A DNA stretch of 64,000 nucleotides from Tubiluchus corallicola (lineage: Eukaryota; Animalia; Priapulida), in contig JAQGDQ010000142.1 of assembly GCA_030141605.1 (NCBI GenBank), positions 434,001 through 498,000 on the forward strand. Direction: 5' to 3'. Made by a program: the position numbers and the translations under genes. The notes beneath the pieces were generated by a model. The model had not been told where the DNA came from. It ran no database searches and saw nothing but the letters and a program-made list of their open reading frames with translations. Of the stretch, positions 55,861 to 64,000 are shown one piece after another (the stretch's first letter is position 1; every line of letters begins with the position of its first letter).

Positions 55861-56126
55861 TCAACTAAAATTGAATGATGGTTAGGTTACTGTGGACTTA
55901 ATAATCGACTTTTTTTTTAAAAAAGCAACTCGATTACAGATTTCGTACATTCAGGTCCAAAATTGAATTGACATTTACATTTTTTTAAATTAATGACAGA
56001 GTGAAAAGGAAACGAAGCTGATTATAATCAGCAACATCGATAATCACTTCATGGCTACTTTAAGTGGGAAGAAAGGGTATTTTAAAGTGTATACCAAAGA
56101 ATTTTCCATACAACGTTATATATTAC

Positions 56127-56737
56127 TTAAAGCAAAACCGGACCCAATCTGAAACTGTAGGTTAAACAATCTATTCTTTAAAATATTGGCAGGATGTTAT
56201 TTTTTCAAAATGACCTACGTGAAAGAACTATTATCACACAAACACAATTTCACGTTCACGCCACTAGTTCTTCGCTGTTACATGCATTTCGCCATTCGAT
56301 AGTTAGACGGGCACTAGCGCCAAGCATTTCTGAAAGTGTTGCCCAAAAATAGGTGGTGTACCTCTCAGTTCAGATGTGTTGATTTATGACGAACTGCACA
56401 CGTTCGACAGCTCAAACGTGAGCACAGCAGCAAATTTGAAATTTGAATTTTTTTCTTAAAACTTGCCTAGTTCTAGTACAACATACTGAATATCTTACAG
56501 TACTTCAATTTTCGCCTTCTTAAACACGTGCAACGCGCTCATGGAATATTTTTGCCGTTGAAAGTAATGTTAGTTTGTGATGCATCAATAGTTGGGCTCG
56601 CCCACCGCTAATTAAGATTTTTATCTACTATTTAACTATCAGAAACGCTTTTGAAGTATTATTGATGTTAAAATGTATACTTTTGATTGTACTTGAAAAT
56701 GGGGTAGTATATGAAAAATCATCCTGGCTTCCTTTAA
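56127..56737. mobile_element. TTAA-flanked MITE (Kolobok/T2-like), copy 5, inverted
   Basis: TTAAAGCAAAACCGG...CCTGGCTTCCTTTAA. Confidence 0.75.
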
Positions 56738-57599
56738 TATTACGCTTACCTGTTTTCAAAAGCTTATGTAATTGAAAAATTCTTAGCAATTAAAAATATT
56801 CACGCCACCTGGTAAAACGGCACTCATCGCTATCCCAGTGTGCACCACTGACTCACCAAAACACATTATTGATCTTATTAACAATATAAAGTAATTTAAA
56901 CTTTTGCTTAGTTAGTACCGAATGCACTTGTAATGCTCTGATTATTTTTTTAAATTTTATGCAATGTTATCTAAGCGTATTTCTAAAAGTGCTTCAAACG
57001 ACTTACTGTTAAAATGGTTGCACCTAACGGTCATCGCGCGAGTTTAAATTTACTACTTTTATACAGCGTTACTGCTAACGCAAGCATTGTAGCCAGTAAG
57101 ACAGCATGTAAGTGATATAAAATTTCAAGATGAATTTCTTAAGCTTTTATTTATGAAGAGTGTTTTCTTGTGCTTTAATTAACACTGTTATTTAACAAAC
57201 TCGTCATGAGTTTTTTTTATCAAAGTTGTGTGACTGTAGTTTAGTGGTAGCGACAAGCATAAAGTTACAGAGATAACAGCACAAACACACAGATTTATTA
57301 ACTTTTAACTTTATTTCAACGTAAATCGTCAACTGTTTATTTTAACACTTAGAAACGCACAATGGCGCCAAGGCAAGAAAGCTGCCAAATTTCAGACAAC
57401 CATGAATGTATCAAAGTTTCAGAAAAAAGTTCATGAAAGAAGCATTCACGAGTTTCATGTGTCCATAATAATATGTAAAGAATGAAATAATGAATGAAAC
57501 GACAGACTTTCTGTCTGCCGTGCCATCACCACAATATCAGCAGTAACAGTATTTTCACATTAAAGAAGATTTACGGGAGCTTCGATACATGCCTTACGT

Positions 57600-57805
57600 C
57601 TGCGTTCAGACTAGCGAGTTTTCTCGCCAGTAACTCGCAAGCGTGTTCAGACTAGAGATCAAAATTTGCTGCGAGTTACTTTTTGAGAAGTGTCGAGAGT
57701 AACTCGCCGAGGCGTTCACACTAGACAGTAAATCAACTCGCGGCAACTGTCAGAGTTTGCAATTTCTTGGCGACAGACAAAAAAACTCGCTAGTCTGAAC
57801 GTGCT
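57600..57805. mobile_element. PIF/Harbinger-like MITE
   Basis: TIR GCGTTCAGACTAGCGAGTTTT / AAAACTCGCTAGTCTGAACGT with internal repeats of the TIR. The same terminus begins at about 63974 (TAA|GGGCACGTTCAGACTAG). Confidence 0.65.
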
Positions 57806-58129
57806 GTTAGTATGAGCACGTTCACTCCTTTGCAAGTGAACGAAATCTAACAACATTAAAGGCTTTAATTATCACACCCACGTAAAACAGAGATTCCTTA
57901 TCATGATAATAATTAAAGATTGGACATAATAAATAGATAATTAGATAAAAAGTTACAATTGGTTAAACAATTTCAACTATTTTTTAAGAGAAACTTTGAT
58001 TAAAAATTGTAACAATTTTCTTGGTCTAAAAAGGTTTAACATGCAGATAGTAGGTCAAATGAACAAAGAAATCATCCTATTTAATAAGCCATCTCACAAT
58101 TCCAGCGACCGATTCTACTGTAGTAGTAA

Positions 58130-58385
58130 CAGTTTTAACAGTTAGCTAGAAGCTTGGTTAGTTCGTTTTTTCTTAGTCCTAAACAGGATCCTGCTAGTAA
58201 ATCACTCCACGCACACATTAATGCATAATTGAGTAAATTCCACGTAAAACAACAGAGGTTATTGAGCTGATGATGCAGACGGCTTTGTTTTACATACGTC
58301 ACATGACGGTTGTAGGTAAGATGAACTGCTGGGCTACAGTTAACCTTTGACCTGCAGCAACTGTGGGCGCGCACAGTGAAACTGT
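58130..58385. mobile_element. About 255-bp dispersed repeat/MITE, copy 2
   Basis: Homologous to 26086-26340. Confidence 0.65.
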
Positions 58386-59901
58386 AAAAAGGCTTATTAT
58401 AACTAGCACGTAATACTTTGAAAATTCTGATTACAACTTATAGTTTCGTACACTATAAGTTCCTTTTCATTGTGGCCCCACCTGTAGCTCTAGTACCTCT
58501 AGCTGCAAATCAAATGATGAAGGAAAAACCACACAGAAATAAACAGTGAAAAAAGCACGGGTCAAATTAAATTGACAAAATAAAACAATGTATTGACACA
58601 AGAATAAGAGATAGCAGAAACAAATAAATAAATATATATTAGGTGGCACAAAAAATGTGCCAAATTCATAGTCGTGATATTAAGGAAATAAGAAGAAAAT
58701 AAGGAAATCACATGAAAATTGTCAAGCTGAAGTTACAGACGCTTTTGGTATAAACACCAAAAATGTTAAGGTCAATCCCTAAAAGTTTTCTAAAAGTTGT
58801 TGTCTATGTAGTCGTTTAAGCTGAGATCATGCATAATAGCAGCAGCAATTTGTGAAGACTGATTGTCAAAAATTTACCTTTGCGGCAAAAATGCTGATGT
58901 TGAAAACTGATCTTAGGCCACTCCATGTGATAGAAACACAACATTACGTTATGCAACAACTAATGTACGTAATTCTGTACATATATCTACGATATGTACA
59001 ACAAAAATAAGTTATGAAGAATATATTTACAATGGAACGTTTAGTAATTAATATTTACACTAGTACCTCTGGATTAAATGCTATATTATATAAAATTAAA
59101 CTATGCACGACAGACTAAGATAATAATTTAACAATATAACTAGAATTGATGGTAAAATTTTGTATATAGTAAAATTCTAATCAATATAAGTAAAAGGCAA
59201 TAAAGATAATAAGAAAATTGGTACTAACTACGATAGCATGGGCTTTGAGAAAAAGTTATAAACAGGCCATTCAACATGGTTGTTAATAAAGAACACATGC
59301 ACAAATGTCCGTGTAATATTTACATAATACACAAAAACGAAGGACACCTATTTTACAACAAATCAGTAAATTTGTTTCCATTGTGGTGCTTCTGTTAACA
59401 GTCAAATGTGAACATACATAATTGACAACATAATCAAAGCCAGCAGATAATAAAAATAACAGATACATGTGCAAACGAGCCATGTAGTTTATAGGAATAG
59501 GAAAAACTAGGACTGCGTAGCAGCAGTTTATTAATTCATGTCTACCATTATCGTTGCTTTCCTTCTAGTAAAAAAATAAAGATCGCTTTAAAATTAATGA
59601 TAGTAAATAGCAACAAGTAATTATATACAGTTAGGAGCTATCCACATATAACAATATCAAATTTAGAGTAGGTAGGTGGCAGGAGATGTGATAATGCCAT
59701 TATAATGCAAGGTAGGTAGGTGATTTAGTCTTGATAAACATCTGACTTCACGTTTTGATGTGGAACAAGGAATGGTTGGATGTAATCGACCGCGAGGAGA
59801 AGGAATCTGCAAAATGGGTCAATGAGAATGAGTTCACCGATCTTGTGCTGTCACCGCCTTCACCCTCGATGACAGTAGAATCCATTGATGGTTTCCAGTT
59901 A

Positions 59902-60449
59902 CAGTGAGTCCTCACCCTTAACGACGCTAATGCATTCAAGCAAAACGAGACGTAAAGCAAAACTATCTTTCTTACCAATGCGTACCTCTTTCACTAAGGT
60001 TTAAGCCTAGGCAGCCATTAAACAATAAACACTGCAGAGTTAAAGCTAAGCTGAGGGAGCCTTGGAAATTTTATCATACCAGAGCACTGTATTATTTACT
60101 ACGTAATCTGGTTGCTATAGGAATTCCTTTGCACAAAGTTTGTTCACAGGTCTCGCTTGATAGAAATGGCAGCTAGTATAGTAGTCAACCGGGAAGTTAA
60201 AACATGTATAATAATTGCACTGTTTATGTTACTACTGCACTTTTAAAACAGAATAACGTAATATATGCCATGTTAATGCTTCAAATTAAGTAAAAAAGTT
60301 GTTGATAAATGAAAATTGGCTTTCAGCAAAGTACAAAAAATTGTCGTTAAAATGAAATGTGCATCATTAAGTGAAAAGAAGGTGTCAAATGTTCAGCATC
60401 GTTAAAACGAAACATCGCTAAAAGGGAGTCGTTAACCGAGAACTTACTG
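59902..60449. mobile_element. Tigger/pogo-like MITE, copy 2
   Basis: TA|CAGTGAGTCCTC...GAGAACTTACTG|TA. Confidence 0.7.
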
Positions 60450-60811
60450 TAATTAACGCAAATGATTACTGCTGCCTGTCCTTGGGAGAAGGAAGAATAA
60501 AATGTACAAAAATCTACATCGATGATGTGATATTAATATCAATATAAGGGGTAGGTAGGTGGTGGGGCTTATGATAATGCCATTATAACGCAAGGTAGGG
60601 AGGTCCTTGAAATCGGTCAAGAACTTGATATCATGGTATGTGGATGGCACCTTAGAGAATTCGGCATGTAGGGCAGTGAAAAAAAGATGAGTTTGACGGA
60701 TAAACAACAACTTCAAGCGTGGTTTCAAAAGTATCTGGTATGTTTCTCCCACTATATTTGCAAATCGACTTTGACCATCTGATGCTGTTAGGAGCTTTGA
60801 AAAGGCAACAC

Positions 60812-60932
60812 CCTTCAAACTGAAGCCACGGGCATTTTTGAGGCGGCAAAGCTTTCCAAACTGAAGCCATGGGCTATTTTGAGTAGGTGGAACTTTTTAA
60901 GCTGAAGCCACGGACTGTTTTGAGTAGGTGGA
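60812..60932. repeat. About 41-bp tandem repeat (3 units)
   Basis: aaactgaagccacggg...ttttgagtaggtgga repeated. Confidence 0.75.
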
Positions 60933-61198
60933 GAAAAAGGTTAGCTAAAACTCTCAGTGCTTGAATCTTATTTGATTAACAGTTACTGAAAAAAAGAGAA
61001 ACAAAGAGAAGCAGACAACGTACATTTGATTATGAATAACACTGGAAAGCTAGCATACATAATCCAATAAACCACTGCTACTCAGCATTATTATAATTAT
61101 GGGAAAACACATTTTTTTAATTTACCTGGTAGAAAAAACTTGTAAATGGTTCAGTTGCACAGATGAATGTTCGTTGAACTCTATAATTGAAATGTTTG

Positions 61199-63742
61199 TT
61201 AAACTGCAGTAGCATTACCCTGTTCTATTGCTGCTAACAAATTGGTTTTGAGTCGTACAAAAAGCCTTCCTTTAGTCCAGGGATTCTGCAACTGCAGCGG
61301 TTGGTAGTCATCCCGTAGGCAGCGCTCTCGACTACCGATCACGGCCACCAGGCAGAAATCGTTGAGCTGTTCATCTGTGTAGTTAGGCGCTCCGGGACCC
61401 TTTGCCTGTGCTGCTTTGTTTAACTGTTGTACAACTAGATTTATGACTTCGCGGGAAGTCGTGCGCGGCGTCACGTGTAACTTCACGCTTGCTCCTTTAG
61501 CCAGGCCCGTATCGTAGGCAGCAAATATTCGCAGGATACCGGATGGTTTTGTGTCGGTATCTAGTAAGCTGATCTGCGGGATTATAGCATCATAAATTTC
61601 TGGTGCTGCAAGTAAGAAAAACAAAGAGTTAAAACAGTAAACTAGAGATAATGGAAAACTTCGTTTCATTGTATGCTATGTATTAAACAATTAATATTTT
61701 TAAATGTAAATTACAGCAAGTCCTCGCTTAACGATGCTAATGCATTCCAGAAAATGGGACGTTAAGCGAAACGTTGTTAAACGAAGCCAAGACTTTCATA
61801 GAAAGTAACGTAAAAGAACTGAGATACGTTTCAGAGACAGAAATCAATACTGCTTAAATCATACAAGTTAAACATTCTATGAGTTTTATAGAATGTCTTT
61901 CTGCTTGCCTGACACCACCTATATATTTTGCTTACTAATACCTAGCCATAGCAGTTTCTCTTTCATTAACATTTAATCCTAGTCAGCAGTTAACAGTAAA
62001 CACTGCAGAGTCAAAACCAAGCCCAGGGGCAACCTTGGGTATTTTGCCTACATACTTAGTCTAGTTGCTATACCACCAGGTTGGAGGCAAAATTCCTTGC
62101 ATACCGGTTAACAGTAAACAATGCAGAGTCAAAACCAAGCCCAGGAGCAACCTTGGGAATTTTGCCTACATACTTAGTCTAGTTGCTATACCAACAGGTT
62201 GGAGGCAAAATTCCTTGCATAAGTTTTCTCGCTGATCACTTGTTAGTTGATGCAAACCGCTAGCAGTAGTAGTAGCGTCAGTAGTCAGCCAGAAAGCAAA
62301 ACCATGTATAATTGCACTGTTTACATTACTAGCGCATCTTTAGAACAGAATAATTAGATAAAAATTTTGTTGATCAAATCGTAGTTAAAATGAAACGTCG
62401 TTAAACAGGAGCTGTTAAGCGAGGACTTACTGTACACACCTTTGCATTATGAATAAGATTGTTCTCTTACTATCGAAGGCCCAAATTTTGAAAAGCATAA
62501 GTTTTCACATACTCACAAACATGCCAGTGATATATTTTCATTTTTCATCATATATTTTGCATCATATATATTCATAGGACGTGATAACAATATGGGGGAT
62601 ATTACGTGTTTAAATATAAACGCTGATAAGAATATGACCAGGGCCCGGCATGTCGTTGGATTCGCAGGAAAATTTGCAAAAGAAACTTGCATTTGTGTAG
62701 AAAAAGTTCTAAAAGTTCATGAAGGAGTATAAGGTTGTACAAAAGTGATAATCTTGTAAAATTTTATGAAACATTTTTCGAAAGTTCTGCAAATTCATGA
62801 ACCTACCAGAATCATCAACTGGCGTCAGCGATAGTTGACTCGCACTAGAAGTAGGCGTAATCATGATGCGGTGATCCGACAGGGGGCTATCTTCAGGCGA
62901 GGGAGGCGGAGCATACAATACCCCCAGTGGTATACCACCCTTTAACTAGAAAAAAATTCTTTTAAAACGTATTCTGTAATGTAGTTATTTTACAATGTGA
63001 AGTGCTATTATCATTATTTTTACTTACAAGAAAGCTGCAATCTTTTAAGTACTTACTCTAAATGAAGGCTTATATAATATATAGTTAAAATTATAGTGCC
63101 TTAAAAAATTAAAATTGTCAAAATTGAAGTTCTCTGGTAAACATGGGTAATTAAGGAGATGACAATTAACATTTTAATGAGCCCATTAATTGAAGCAGCT
63201 TAAAAATGAGCCGATTCAAGCTGAAACTAGTTTTACTTATTTCTTATAAACAATTTTTATTCATAAAACCTTGCAACCAGAAATACTTTTTGTCACTAAC
63301 TAAAACGATATCAAAATTAGTTTTAAATGTTTTGAGTATCTAAACAATGAAACTTTTACACTAAAAATCATATACAAGTTATCACATCATAATGACTGAA
63401 AGAAGTTATTTCACGAAACCGATCCCTTGTAAACGTGTCAAGATTAAAAAGAACTGATTAGATTTGTTATAAAAAATCTTCATAAAGATGCTCATTTTAA
63501 CTTAAGTCAGCAATGAAGTCTATTTGGTCATTACGTTTCCAACACTAGTAAGTTCTAATAATTTGTGAGTTAATTACAGGTGATACAGGTAGAAATAGTT
63601 CGTTAACCTGTTTGTCACGAGCGTAGATTAGCGCGTCCATTATCCAACGTCTTCGCTTCCACGTATCATCTAGAAGAACCTGAAAGTCTAACAGCTGAGC
63701 GAGTTTTTCTCTTGCTGTTGCTAATTCTGCTGGTGAGAATGC
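61199..63742 (-). CDS. ANKFN1: ANKFN1 / wide awake (banderuola) homologue, last three exons including the Ras-association domain; 5' part outside window
   Basis: Exons 63608-63742 (AFSPAELATAREK...WKRRRWIMDALIYARDKQ), 62807-62945 and 61199-61605 (GILRIFAAYDTGLAKGASVKLHVTPRTTSREV...FCLVAVIGSRERCLRDDYQPLQLQNPWTKGRLFVR). Phases match. Confidence 0.9.
61714..62432. mobile_element. Tigger/pogo-like MITE, copy 3, with internal ~118-bp tandem duplication
   Basis: TA|CAGCAAGTCCTCGCTTAAC...GTTAAGCGAGGACTTACTG|TA. 61989-62103 is nearly identical to 62107-62221. Confidence 0.8.
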
Positions 63743-64000
63743 CTAAAAATGAAAGAATTTTATAATATTTTGCAATAGTGTAATGCATTATAGTTAAATA
63801 ATCATTGCTATACGTTGAGCCAAAGTTAACTTCAGTTGCAAAGCATTAACAAATAAATGTTAAATAACTAGTTGTCAGCAGACCATTATCAATGCGCATT
63901 CTTCCAAAAATTTCCCAGAAAATCACCCAAAAGCAAAGAGAGCTATATAAAATGCATGTTACTGCATCTTTAAGGGCACGTTCAGACTAGTAAGTTTTCT

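Overview
AT-rich, intron-rich eukaryotic DNA, apparently from a bilaterian invertebrate. There are no prokaryotic features. Exons were reconstructed by hand, requiring GT/GC-AG junctions and matching intron phases. Genes in order: (1) the 3' end of a PTB/PID-domain gene (+); (2) an 11-exon TSSK-like Ser/Thr kinase (-); (3) UBALD1/2 (+), head-to-head with the kinase; (4) MGST1 (+); (5) an intronless carbohydrate sulfotransferase nested antisense in MGST1 intron 2; (6) an intronless UNC93A plus a truncated, frameshifted second copy; (7) a 10-exon arylsulfatase G (-); (8) an intronless orphan ORF with PP1-docking motifs (+); (9) the last three exons of ANKFN1/wide awake (-). Many MITEs (Kolobok/T2-, Tigger-, hAT- and Harbinger-like), LINE remnants and microsatellites fill the rest. 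The main finding is a 66-bp tandem array in the kinase gene. It amplified an exon/intron junction, so each of 18 units carries a 5' splice donor in phase with the downstream exon. This could act as a splice-donor ladder that tunes the length of a Ser/Thr-rich linker (about 559-937 aa). Family assignments come from motif recognition, not database searches.
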